Shown here piece after piece: positions 1 to 12,529 of a stretch of DNA of 64,000 nucleotides (within the stretch, counting starts at the first letter, position 1; each line of letters opens with the position of its first letter). The translations under genes were made by a program, and so were the position numbers. The DNA is from Mobula hypostoma (taxonomy: Eukaryota), in assembly GCF_963921235.1 (NCBI RefSeq), contig NC_086108.1, forward strand, positions 76,448,001-76,512,000, in the 5' to 3' direction. The notes beneath the pieces were generated by a model. That model was given only the letters and a program-made list of their open reading frames with translations, had not been told where the DNA came from and searched no databases.

Positions 1-889
1 GCACAAAATCAGACCAAGTTGCTTGGAAGGAGAATTCAATATGCAGTCAAAGTCAACTACCTGTAAAGATTAGAGCTTGGTAGCAAACCCCTCCAAACAA
101 CACAATGTCCATATTTTAATAGTCTATGTTTTTCAGTAATTCGTGAACTCAAATACTTCAAGAAAAATACATTCAAGTACTACTTAAAATAGAAGAGCGG
201 AAAGGTTAGCAAATATGCTACTGAACAGGTTGAACTGAGGTTCTGAACTAATAATTCAGAAATGTGAACTTAAATCCATGTATGACAGATACCAAATTAA
301 AAATGATAGGATCGGTAAAAAGTGATCATGAATAACTAGATGGTTACAAAAAAATCCACTTGTATTGCTAATAACCTTTAAAGATGAAAATTGAGTGTTA
401 TGCCACTGCACTCAGTGCCCCAAAGTCTGAACCTCAAGAAGTCTTGGAACTCTGCACTTGACTGTGTATGCACAGTAGTCCAACAATTCCTGGGGTGCAA
501 ATGCTAGACAATGACCGATTCCTCTGGAATCAGAATCTACCAGCCAGCATGATTAGGCCCATGACATCAGTAACCTCATTGCTAGGAACAGTGAATAGAA
601 CAAGGGGATTTGTTTCATTATTTGCTAAAGACATGTTTGTTCTTACTTACATTTACTTCTTTAAGTAATAAAAGACATTCATCCGGGTCTAGAGGTGTTC
701 AGTTAATGGTGGTTCCTGAAATTAGATTTTTTTGATAACATGTACAACTGAAGGGCCACCTTTATGTCTCTAAAGTGTAAACTACTTCTATGCATCTGAC
801 AGTGATGGCTGCACTTCACAAAAAAATTACTTGTTGCTGCGCATTAGGATGACCCAAGAACAAAGTATTAATTACTTCTTTTGATCTAA

Positions 890-2979
890 ATAAATATGAT
901 GGGGATGATGGCAGAGCAGGAGTGGCTGAAGTTGCTGGAAATTGTTCACAAGGTGCAGGATAGGTATGATCCAGAGAAGAGGTTGTTCTCAATTGGCAGG
1001 GATAGGCAACCATGGTTGACAATGGAAGTTAAGGACTTCATAAAAGCCAAGGAAAGAGCGTATAATATAGAAAAAGTGAGTGGGAAGTTGGATGATTGGG
1101 AAGCTTTTAAAATCCAACAAAAGGCAATTAAAAAAGCTACAAGAAGGGAAAAGATAAAATATGAGGACAAACTAGCCAATAATATAAAGCAGGAAACTAA
1201 AAGTTTTTTCAGTTATATATGAGTAAAAGGGAGGTGAGGGTTGATATTGAACCACTGAAAAATGATGCTGGTGAGGTAGTAATGGGGAACAAAGAAATGG
1301 CAGATGAACTTAGTGAGTACTTTGCATCAGTCATCACTGTGGAAGCCACTAGCAGTGTGCCAAAGGTTCGTGGGTGTCAGGGAAGAGGAGTGAGTGCCAT
1401 TGCTCTTACAAAGCAAAAAGTGCTCGGCAAACTCAAAAGTTACCTGGACCAGGTGGACCACATCCCAGAGTCCTAAGAGAGGTTTGCTGAAGAGATAACG
1501 GATGCATTGGTCATAGTCGTTCAATAATCACTTGATACTAGCATGGTCCCAGAGGACTGGAAGATTGCAAATGTCACTCCACTCTTTAAGAAGGGAGAAA
1601 GGTGCAAAAATAAAGGAAATTATAGGCCAGGTAGCCTAACCTCAGTGGTTGGGAAAGTGATGGAGTCTATTAATAAGGATGAGTTTTCGGGGTACTTGAA
1701 GACTAATTAAAAAAAAAGTCAAAGTCAGCATGGTTTCTGTAAAGATAAACCATGCCAACAAATCTGGAGCAGTTCTTCAAGGAAGTAACGAGCCGGGTAG
1801 CCAAAGGAGAGGCAGTAGATGTCATTTACTTGGACTCTGAGAAGGTATTTGATAAGGTGCCACACATGAGGCTGCATAACAAGATAAAATCCTATGGTGT
1901 TTCAGGAAATATACTGGCATGGATAGAGGACTGGCTGACAAGCAGGAGAGAATAATGGGGGCCTTTTCTGGTTGGCAGCCAATGACAAGTAGTGTTCCTC
2001 AGGGGTCAGTATTGGGACCGCTACTTTTCACATTGTTTGTCAATGATTTGGATAATGGAATTGATGGCTTCGTGGCAAAGTTTGCAGATGATACGAACAT
2101 AGGTGGAGGGGTAGGTAGTGCGGAGGAAGCAATGTGCTTGCAACAGGACCAAGACAAATTGGAAGAATGGGCAAAAACGTGGCAGATGGAATACAGTGTT
2201 GGGAAATGTATGATAATGCATTTTGGTAAAAGGAACAATATTCTGTGGACTATTATCTAAATGAGGAGAAGATTCAAAGATCAGGACTTAGGAGACCTCA
2301 TGTAAGACTCTCAGAAGGTTAATTTACAGGTTGAGTCTGAGGTAAAGAAGGCAAATGCAACGTTGGCATTTATTTCAAGGGGAACAGAATATAAAAGCAA
2401 AGAGATAATGCTGAGCCTTTATAAGACACCAGTCAGGCAGTATTGGCAACAGTTTTAGGGCCCATATCTTTGAAAGGATGCGTTGTCATTGGAGAGAGTC
2501 CAGAAGAGGTTCACAAAGATGATTCCAGGAATGAAGGGTTAAGATATGAGGAGAATTTGGCAGCTTTGACCCTGTACTCACTGCAATTTAGAAGAATGTG
2601 GGGGGAACCTCACTGAAACCCACTGAACATTGGAAGGACTAGATAGGGTGGATGTGGAAAGGATGTTTCCTATGGTGGGGTATCCAGAACTAAAAGGTAC
2701 AGCCTCAAAATTGAGGGATGATCTTTTAGAACAGAGGTAAGGAGGAAGCGAGTAGTGAATCTGTGGAATACTCTGCCGCAGACTGCAGTGGAGGCCAAGT
2801 CTGTGAGTATATTTAAGGCAGAAGTTGATAGTTTCCTGATTGGTCAGGGCATCAAAGGAGATGGTGAGAAGGCAGGTGTATGGGGTTGAGTGGGATCCAG
2901 GATCAACCATGATGGAATGGCAGAGCAGACTCAATTGGCTGAATAGCCTAATTCTGCTCCTATGTCTTATGGTCTTATG
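890..2979 (+). mobile_element. CR1-clade LINE, 5'-truncated and decayed (RT region plus 3' UTR)
   Basis: ORF pieces with PWLTMEVK, VDVIYLD.EKVFDKVPH, VPQGSVLGPLLF, KFADDT; 3' end attctgctcctatgtcttatggtcttatg. Confidence 0.92.
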
Positions 2980-3085
2980 TATAGTTCCTCCAGAAATAAA
3001 ATCTTTTGAAGGGAGAAACCTTGTACAGCAAGGTATATGCTGCTGTGGATTTTCCTGCAGCAAACACAATTTCAACACATTTCTT

Positions 3086-3866
3086 TAACACATCGGTACC
3101 AACACATCTTGACCCAATTAATTGGTTGCCCCAATTAGCCCAAGTTTCATGGAAACAGATAAAAAGGTGTAGGAAAGGCAAACTACCATATAATTGAGTA
3201 ACAAATTATGTTTTTAAATGAAATACAGAACAAATTAGAACTATCAATACTACTAAAATACTATAATACTGTGCATCAGTTCCTAATAGTTATCAACAGA
3301 GGAATTAAACTAGTGTACACCGCCATATTCTTTTGATTGACTGTAAATAAACAAAATCAGCGCAGACACCCAGTGCTTTCACACAATGTTCTTGATGATT
3401 GCATCTTTCGAAACTTTACTTTCATTATAATATACAAAATGATTGTTGACACCTTTAAATTCTTTGTAGTTTTTAACTTGTTGAAGTAGAGAAATCTGGC
3501 ATCTCTGAGCTTAAATACTCGAAACCACAGTGAGCAAAACACTCTGAATTATCTTACTGCTTATTTCTCACCAACTACCAGTGACAAAAATCACCGCTAT
3601 TTGAACACATACTCATACAATTGATGCTACTTAAAAACTGTTCACTTTAAGCATGGTACAGTGACTAACAGCCATCAAAGTGCACGTGACTGACGCTATT
3701 TAGAAACTGTTCAGCAACAGTCTCCTGTCCCAGTTAAGTGGCATAGTATCCCAAATAAACGAAGGAAATCCCACCTATTTTCTCTCAATTAGTTTCTGTT
3801 CTTTAGAAGTTGTCCGAAATAATCAGCTGTCCTGATTAACTAATGGCCCAATTAACTGGATTCCAT
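3086..3866. mobile_element. Tigger/pogo-like non-autonomous DNA transposon, left end eroded
   Basis: Both ends are similar to the element at 38363-38725 (e.g. tggcccaattaactggattcca). Confidence 0.6.
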
Positions 3867-3884
3867 ATATCCTTATGATAATCA

Positions 3885-4391
3885 GTCAGTCAGTCAGTGG
3901 GTACCGTCCCGAATCTGGGGTTGGTGGCCATGCACCTCCATCTTCTTTGATCTTGCGACAGCACCAAGTACAGCCTCTCCTCCAGTTTGTTCTCGCTGGC
4001 CACCTTGGCACCACCTGCCGCCGCCCCCACCGAACTCGAGCCCGAGGCCGTGTCTGCTTCCAGCCGCGGCCGCTTCTTCGAGCTCGGCCCTTCCTTAGGC
4101 GGAGGCCTTGGGCAGGTCCAGGCACACGGTGCAGCGCTCAAGTTCATCATGTCTCTTCTAACTAAGTGCATAGCATACGATTCGTAGATACGTGCTGAGG
4201 CTTTAATCTCTTCCACGGAAGATGGCCGTTGGCTCACAAGGAGCTCATCCGCCCTTTGTCAGGTCTTACTTATTTTTAATCCTGACGGGCTCCTCACACC
4301 CTCCTCACCAGACTAAGTCCGGTGGGAGAGCTGGCCCAAGTCGCCAACCACTCAACCACCACCCCCGGCCGAGCGCCGGCCCCCACTGAAT
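3885..4391 (-). mobile_element. Non-autonomous RTE-like retroelement (structured head plus RTE-type tail) with captured host gene fragment
   Basis: 13-bp TSD cttatgataatca (3872-3884, 4392-4404); (GACT)n tail; tail reads QDQRRWRCMATNP, like RTE ORF C-termini; GC/CpG-rich against AT-rich flanks. Confidence 0.8.
3958..4135 (-). pseudogene. ZFTRAF1: Circularly permuted fragment of ZFTRAF1/CYHR1 first coding exon
   Basis: Order in the element is [11 protein letters not shown](A) then EGPSSKKRPRLEA...ENKLEERLYLVL; the recalled gene order is KKR...[25 protein letters not shown]; joining the end GTGCTGT to the start GCTGCACC restores GTG CTG TGC TGC ACC (VLCCT). Confidence 0.82.
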
Positions 4392-4614
4392 CTTATGATA
4401 ATCACTCGTTTCTTTTTTGGCAATTGGAACTAATTGCTGTGCAGAAGGTTCTACTTGATAAATCCAATTTGTATGATGTTTTGTGTATTATTGGGTTCCA
4501 AGATGGAAGTTCAATGTTTTGATGCTACGGCTATGTCATCTGGGACTGACATTGCCACATTAACAGACACACCCTAAACAGTAATAACAGAATTATGAGA
4601 AAATATAGCAATAT

Positions 4615-4841
4615 CAGTCAGCTGGCTGGTGGCGTAGTGGCATCAGCGCTGGACTTTGGGGCGGAAGGTCCCGAGTTCGAATCCAGCTGGCTCCCGTGCA
4701 CTCTTTCCATCTGTGCTGGGTTGAGCTAGCAACTCGATCTCGTAAAAAAGAAATTGCCTGCTACAGAAACATCAACAGCAAAAAGTTCATGGCCTATGCT
4801 CTCTCGTGAGTTTGAAGGCAATTCCTCTCCTTTTTTCTCTC
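4615..4841 (+). mobile_element. tRNA-derived SINE
   Basis: A box tggcgtagtgg, B box gagttcgaatcc, non-tRNA body, imperfect TSD tatagcaatat/tataccaatat. Confidence 0.75.
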
Positions 4842-6174
4842 TATACCAATATAACTGGAAAGTAATTTAAATCCCCTCCCTCAAGTAACATTTACACTTG
4901 AAAAATCCATGATTAGCTCAATGGAACTATCCTCACAATCCTGATCTCATTGGAGTTTATTTCAAACTTTTACCCCAATGACGATGAATAAAGTAAGTTC
5001 TGCTAGCAAATAAAAGTAACAAATTAAATGCATTTTGCTCCTCTAACAGCAGCTGCTAATGAAAGAACACTGGGTTACAACAAAATGCATTAGTATCAAA
5101 TTTTGAATTTTTTTGTATTGTCGTAAGACAAAGGAACAAAAAGTAAACCAGATTTAATACTGACAGTTCAATATCATTCATAACCACACCTTAACATTGC
5201 AGCCAGAGTATAGCTATTTTAACCAGATATACTGTAAGCTCATGTAGATCTGACCTTGAGCAATAAAGCAAAAAAATTCACCAACCCAAATTATAATTCT
5301 TTATCATTCATTTTACACAGTCACTAAGTTCAAAGCAACCCCAGTCTAGTTTAGAGAGAAAAAGAGAAAAGGAAAAGAGGAAGAGCTCAAAATATGGTCC
5401 CATAAAATAATTCAAATCATTAGCTACACCAGAGAGAAAAAAACAATAAATCTATTCAGCATCACTATTTTTCAGCTTTGCCAGAAATAATGAGGTGGGA
5501 GGATGTGCTACAAGCCAGACAGAAAGGTTGATGAAACACTGGTGACTCTACAGAACAGATTCCAAAACTGCACACTGTATTCTAATTGGGCACTTTATTT
5601 ATTTTTCTGTAAAACGATAGGATTACTTCCCTTGATCTAGTCTTCATTCCTCTTTGTTAAACTTCACAAATTCTTTTTTGAATAGCTGCCAGATGCAGGA
5701 TGATGTCGGCATGATCTATTCACCCTGACCCCAAGATCCTTGGTCAATACTTTTCTATTAATTTTGTAATCCTCTGTCCGTTTCCTATCCCTCAATACGT
5801 TACTTTGCATTTATTTACATTACACTATGAGTCATTGGCTCAAGTACTAAGCCTCCAGTTTTGCTCCCTAACATATATTTTATCACTTTCTTCTTGCTCC
5901 TTCATATTCTATCGTTCCTCAATATATTTTTTAACAAAATGTTTGGTCATTGGTGTTACCTTTATAAATGTTACTGCATTAAATTTGATCCAATGATGCT
6001 CCTGTGAAGCAACATGTACTGATTTACAACATTAGAAACGTTATGTAAATATAAATACAAATTGGTGATCTTGGTGCTAACATGCACAAAAATAGTTCTT
6101 CTCTATTCTTCACCATGATAACTGCATCTTCCTATACTACACAATTTTTATTATGGATGTAGATTGGGGGGGGG

Positions 6175-6720
6175 TTGCTTTCGGTTTATCATTGTCACAT
6201 GTACTAAGATACAGTGAAAAGGTTGCCTTGCATACTGTCTGTACAGATAAAATCATTACACAGGAAAAACAATAACAATGCAGAATAAATGTAAAAGCTA
6301 TCAAAAAAGTGCCATGCAGATACAAGCTCTCCATGAGCTTGTCATACATGTTTTCAGCTTTTTGTGTCTCCTGCCTGATAGGAGAGGGGAGAAGAGAGAA
6401 TTTTTGGGGCAGATGGTTCTTTGTTTATGCTGGCTGCTTTACTGAGGCAGCAAGATGTACAGATAGAGTCCATAGAGGGGAGGCTAGTTCCTGTGATGTG
6501 TTGAGCTCTGTCCACAACTTGCAGTCACATGCAAAGCAGTTGCCATACTAAGACACCACATCCAGACAGAATGTTTTTCATCGTGCATCTATGAAAATTG
6601 GTGAAAGTTGATGGGTACATGCTGAATTTCTTTAGCGTCCTGAGGAAGTAGAGGTATTGGTGAGCTTTCTTAGCTGTGACATCAGTGATTAGACCAGGAC
6701 AAGCTATTGTTCGTATTCAC
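6175..6720 (-). mobile_element. Rex1/Babar-like LINE 3' fragment, decayed
   Basis: Tail tttatcattgtcacatg and ...cctgaggaagtagagg... resemble the reverse complement of the other Rex1-like copies. Confidence 0.6.
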
Positions 6721-7204
6721 ACATCTGTTACTCTTTTCTCATATGAATATGAAACCAAATATTTACACAAAAAGAAAATGGTCAGACACAGAACTGAGCC
6801 CAGCAATGCATGAAAGAACAAAATTCTGCATTGAGAGTACTTTCCATTCATACTGTTCACCCCAACTAACTATTTCATTCTCAGTGCATCTTTGAAGTAG
6901 ATCATTGTTGTTGGATGCACCTTAAATTGAGAATAATTGGGCAGCCTACTTCTGATCCAAGGAATAGTGAGGTAGAAGTTTATGGCTATAATTCTACACT
7001 CACCAATCATTGTGCAGAGAAGACACAATGGTACAATGTCACTTTCCCACAAGGAAAAAGAGAAAATCATCATGAAAATTATTTCTAATCTGATCTCATG
7101 AATTTTCCTGCATGTGATCTGTTACGCCGTTGACCTTAAAACAAGGCAGTTGCCTGCGCTATGATCATAAAGCATTACAGGTAATGAACAGATTACAAAA
7201 ATTT

Positions 7205-7455
7205 AAAAAGTTCAAAAGTAAATTTATTATCAAAGTATGTATATGTCACCATATACTACCCTGAGATTCATTTTTTTCAGGCATTTGCAATAGATACAGA
7301 GAAACAATACAATCAATGAAAAACTACGCACAAGGACAAACAACAAATGTGCATAAGACAAATCGTGCAATTACAAAATGTACAAATAATAATAAATAAG
7401 AAATAAATAATCTTGAGAACATGAGTTGTCGAGTCCTTGAAAGTGAGTCCATAGA
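7205..7455 (-). mobile_element. Rex1/Babar-like 3' UTR fragment
   Basis: aaagttcaaaagtaaatttattatcaaagt is the reverse complement of the tail at about 10870-10903. Confidence 0.65.
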
Positions 7456-9404
7456 CAGGATGAATGGTGCTAAGGAATTAGCAACTGTTTTACATCACTC
7501 TGCTACTGTTATTTTACAGAACTAATCTGACGTAAACCAGCTCAGTCGTTCTTAAGAAATTTTTAGGACATAAATTTTAAATGAATAAAATATTTTTAAA
7601 AAATCAGATGGTAAGGAGCTTTTCAAATAATAAAATGGTATCTTTTAAGCAAATATCAGAGTGTTGTGTGAAACAGAAGAGGTTTTATTTTCCTTGAAAT
7701 TTCTTTTAAAGATGCTGCTTTTTAGTTAGCTACACTCCCTGGAGGTGCTTTCGTTTGAATGAAATCTGGCCTCAGGCTACAATAAGTGTTTTTCAATTAG
7801 GACTGTCAAAATATAATGATATGATGATATATCATACAATATTAAGCCTATGATAATCATATCACTCACTTTTTCCATATTGCAGTAATCATGCAATAGC
7901 ATTATCATAATAGATAAACACGGGGTTTAGAATGCTAAGATTTTTTTCTCCAATAAGCCAAGTTACAATCATGTTCTATCTTTTCCATATTAAAGAATAA
8001 TTGCATGATTATTGAACGGCATATATTTGTATGATACAAATACATAACCGAAAAAAGGACAAAGAGCTTTCTTCATGAACACAATAGAAGTACAAGTTGG
8101 CTTATACAAAACTTCACAGAGTCTTTATTACAATAATGTCAAAGTCAAAGTGACAGATAGATGTCTATGCCACAATAAATAATGAATACATTTTAAAAAT
8201 TGAAATCAATATTCCTCATTCTACCCTGCATGAACTTGAGATCAGCCAAAACTCTAGTGCATATGCCCCTCACTAATCTCCTCCAGCTTTACAACATTGC
8301 CTTGCTTGAATCTTACTTCCTTGCTTGCTTACAAATTTAATTGCTTTGCAGCTGGCCAGCATGGCTTGACCTGTCAAGACCTCAAGCTCTGAAGTTACAT
8401 CCCTTAAACTTCTCCACCTCATTCTTCCATTAATACCAACCATTGACCAAGCATCTGAATATTTGCACTAACATGTTTCTAAGTGTCATATATATTGTTG
8501 TTATGAAGTACCTTGGGAACTTAAAACATGAACATTTATAGTTTAACCTTCCTAAATGAAAAATTGCCTGTGAAACTTAATACAAACAGTTTGTAAATTT
8601 CTGCTCACATCATCAAATGCTCAAAACATGTTGTTTAAATGTAAAATGTCAAACCAGGTATTTCAAAATTTAAAGATTTAGCAAACCGTTATGCCTGTTA
8701 ATTTTTCTCAGAAAATCTAATTAATCTGAATTGCAGTCCATTGGACATAAGGGGCTTTATGAGAAGTTGGTGTTTTTCATGTGATTCCTATAAAAAAAAT
8801 CCTTAGACAAGGAATCACATAAATTGCTAATGTTATGAAAAATATTTACTGTATCCACTGTGACTTCAGGTTCTATGGTAATTATTGAAAAATATATCCA
8901 TTCCTACAAGCTCATTCATTTAATGTCCTCTGTAGGTGTAATCCAAAAATCAAACTTGAAAATGTATCCAGTGTTTCACCCAATTTGAAGATGTCAAGCT
9001 GTGCTCAATTATCTCTAACAGATCAGGGAAAAATACGTTTTAAAAAGCCTAAATGAGCACAAATCATCATAATCCTTTGGGGCCCTGGAAACATCAAAGT
9101 CACACTAGTCCATTTCTTCTATCAATCCAAGAATTTAGATTTCAGCTCATTCAACAATCATTTTTGTAATTTAGGCAGTTTATGTTTAAGCATCTGCAAT
9201 AGGGCAAATTTCTCAATTTGTGATTTAACAAATACTTAGCAATTAAAACCTATTAAAAGGCACTGAAACTACAAAGTAGAATCCATGGGGGTATTTTTGT
9301 AAATCAACAAAAAATACAATTAAAATGGTCAGAAAAACAGACGTTCCTTGCTGCATTTAATATTCTTGGTGCATACAGTGTCAGATTCAATGAATGAAGG
9401 GCAA

Positions 9405-10905
9405 TTGGAGGACTGGCTGAAATGTTCACCAATATCTTTAACCTCTTGCATTGGTAGTCTGAGGTACTCACCTGCTTCAAGCATGCTTCATTTATACCAG
9501 TGCCTAAGTAAAATGTGGAAGGCTACTTCAATGACTATCATCCAATAGCACTTACATCCACAGTGACGGGGTGCTTTGAAAGATTGGTGATGAAACATAT
9601 CAACTCCTGCCTGAGAAGCAACTTGGATTGGCTTCAGTTTGCCTACTGGCACAACAGGTCAACAGCAGGTGCCATTTCATTGGCTCCTCAGTCAACCCAA
9701 GAACATCTAGACAGCAAAGGTGCATACATCATGATGTTCTTCATTGACTTTAGCTTGGCATTCACTATCATCCACTCAGAACTCAACAATAAGCTTGAAC
9801 ACCTAGGCCTTAATATCTCCTTGTTCAAGTGGACCCTCAATTTCCTCACCTCCAGACCCCAGTCAGTTCAGACTGGCGACAACACCTCTTCCACAATCTC
9901 CATCAGCACAGGTGCACAAGACTGTGTGCTTAGCTCCCTGCTCTACTCACTTTATACTTATGACCGTGAGGTTAAACACAGCTCCAACGCCATATTTAAG
10001 TGTGCTGACAACACCACTCATTTCCTAAATCAAAGGTGGTGATGAATTAGCATATAGGAGGGAGACTGAAAATCTGCCTGGGTGATTGCACAACAACCAC
10101 CTCTCAATCAATATCAGCAAGACCAAGGAGCTGATTATTGGCTTCAGGATAAGGAAACCGGACGAAAGGTGAAGAGGGTCAGTAACTTTAAGTTCCTCAG
10201 TGTTATCATTTCAAAGGATTTGTCCTGTTGTCAGCATGTAAGTGCCATTACGAAGAAAGCATGTTAGCATATCTACTTTCTTATAAATTTGCAAAGATTC
10301 AGCATGTGATCTAAAACTCTGATAAACTTCTATAGTTGTGTGGTGCAGAACATACTGACTGAATGCATCACAGCCTGGTTTGAGAACACCAATGCCGTTG
10401 AACGGAAAAACCTACAAAAAGTAGTAGATATGGCCCAAACCCCAGCACTGAGCATACCTACACAGTCAGCTGTCGCAGGAAAGCAGGATCCATCAATAAG
10501 GACTCGCACCATCCAGACCATGCTCTCTTCTCACTTCTGCCATTGGGAAGGAGAAGCCTCAGGTCCTGCACCACCAAGTTCAGAAGCAGTTATTACCTCT
10601 CATCCACCAGGCTCCTGAACCAGTGGGGATAGCTTCAGTCAACTTCACTCGCCTATAGATTCACTTGCAAGCACTCTTCATCTCATGTTCTTGATATTTA
10701 TTGCCTTCTTTTCTTTCTTTTCGCCTTTTGCACAGTTCGTTGTCTTTTGCACAGTGGCGGTTTGTCTGATCTGTTGGGTGTGGTCTATTATTGATTCTAT
10801 TGTGTTTCTTGTATTTACTGTGAATGCTAGCAAGAGTATGAATCTCAAGGTTATATATGGTGAGATACATGTACTTTTATAATAAATTTACTTTGAACTT
10901 TGAAT
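9405..10905 (+). mobile_element. Rex1/Babar-clade LINE, 5'-truncated
   Basis: NDYHPIALTS, LQFAYWHNRST, FIDFSLAF, QDCVLSSLLYSLYT, FKCAD; tail aataaatttactttgaactttga. Confidence 0.88.
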
Positions 10906-12529
10906 TCATATTTGAGGTTCTATAAAATTACAACCATTTTCATATAAAGAAATTTGTTAGCAATCATAGGTATAGAATGCATACCTTGTTCCCTCCTACA
11001 GAAATTAGAAAATTTAGAACAGTTTCAATTACGTCATAAAACATTTTGTTCTGGTTAAAAACTGCATACTTGCATTGTTTTACTATACATTTTGCTTTCC
11101 TGTGAGGCATTCAAAAAAGAAAAGGCAAACCATGAAATTTATTTGAAAATAATTTTTAAAATGTTTCCTCAATTTCACCTTAGGGATGTTTAAAATCACA
11201 GTTAAGCACTGAATCTCTATTAAGAAATTGACAAGCCTAATCAATCAATCAAGAATAATGCTATGTTGACCCACAGCCAATCAGACTGATGAGATACAAA
11301 ATTTATCAGGTGTTTTCCAGATGGCCTCTGCGATTTAAAAAGTTAATGCACACTCATAACACAAACAGAAACGTTTCTAATGCAATTTTCTTTTTCCTTT
11401 CACTTTTGTAGAGTTACAAGAGCTTGCTTGTTCCACAGAATGTTTATTTCAAATTTAGTTTATAAAAAGATTTTGTTTTAATAAGTTGAAAGGAGACTGT
11501 GCTTTAAATGAAACAGGGCAAATTTGTCCCTTATTTACCCTTGACTTTTGCTCTTGTTCAGGGAAGAATGGTGCTGGTCTCCTGTAAGATCTGAAAGCAC
11601 CATGCCCCAGCAATCAAAGCACAGCTTTTGGGAGAATATGAGAGTCAGTACCAAACGCTACACATTTATCAAACCCACGAACCTTACTGACGGAGCGAAT
11701 CCTTCCATCATTACAGCCTTTCAGTATAGGATACATATGACTAAGCCAGCCTTCATTTTTACAGATTAATATTCTCTCTTTCAACCTTCACACTGTGATA
11801 AATAGGTAAAAGAGACAAAAGAAGAAAACGAAGTGAAAGAAAGAGCAAAGGAGTGAAACACAATTCATAATAATTTAAATAAGGAAGTGTTAAGTTGAAT
11901 AATTTAAGGCTAAAGTAGGAATAAGTTAACATTTGGATGCTTTAAGGTGTAATTATTCTGGGCTTTTTCATGTTTGTTTATGTCCTTGACTAAAGTTGTT
12001 TAAGTCCTTGAATAAAGCATGAAAGAGATTGGCTTTTTGTAGATTTCAACTTGATATATCTGGCTAAATCAATAAAGAAAATTACAACAAATCATTGTAA
12101 CATTTGTCTAACATGTCATTATAATTACCTATTAGTAAAATAGTATAAACCATTATTTGTTTCAGAAATATCCATAGTTAGTCCGGTACATCATTGTGTT
12201 AGCAGATGATAATCCAAACAAGTAACCTGAAACATGGTATAAAAATGATATTTCGTGTACCACTGATGTCAGAAACATTGATGTGATTAGACACCAATCA
12301 TTTGCACTACTTTATCCTCAACTGAGTTCCCTGGTCATTATAGGTAAAATCTTATTAAGACATAAGTAAGAGCAAAAAGGTCCTGTAGGAAGAGTTTAGG
12401 ATGCTAGAAGAGGTTAAAAACAGGGCCTCAAAAAAGTAGAAATCTCTGGATTATTACTAGTACCAATGTGCTACCAGTACAGAATTTGTCTGTGCTATTG
12501 AGGAGGTTTTAAGATAGTTTGACACAGGG

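Noticed and set aside
225..400. Ancient Deu-type SINE remnants (also ~13790-13990, ~25900-26170, ~27410-27600)
   Set aside because: Only vague resemblance by eye; too degenerate to set boundaries without an HMM search
4619..4695. tRNA gene
   Set aside because: A and B boxes are present but there is no convincing cloverleaf; it continues into a SINE-like body with a TSD
11538..11792. Possible minus-strand exon with acceptor and gtaaat donor
   Set aside because: All three frames contain stops and there is no resemblance to ERI3
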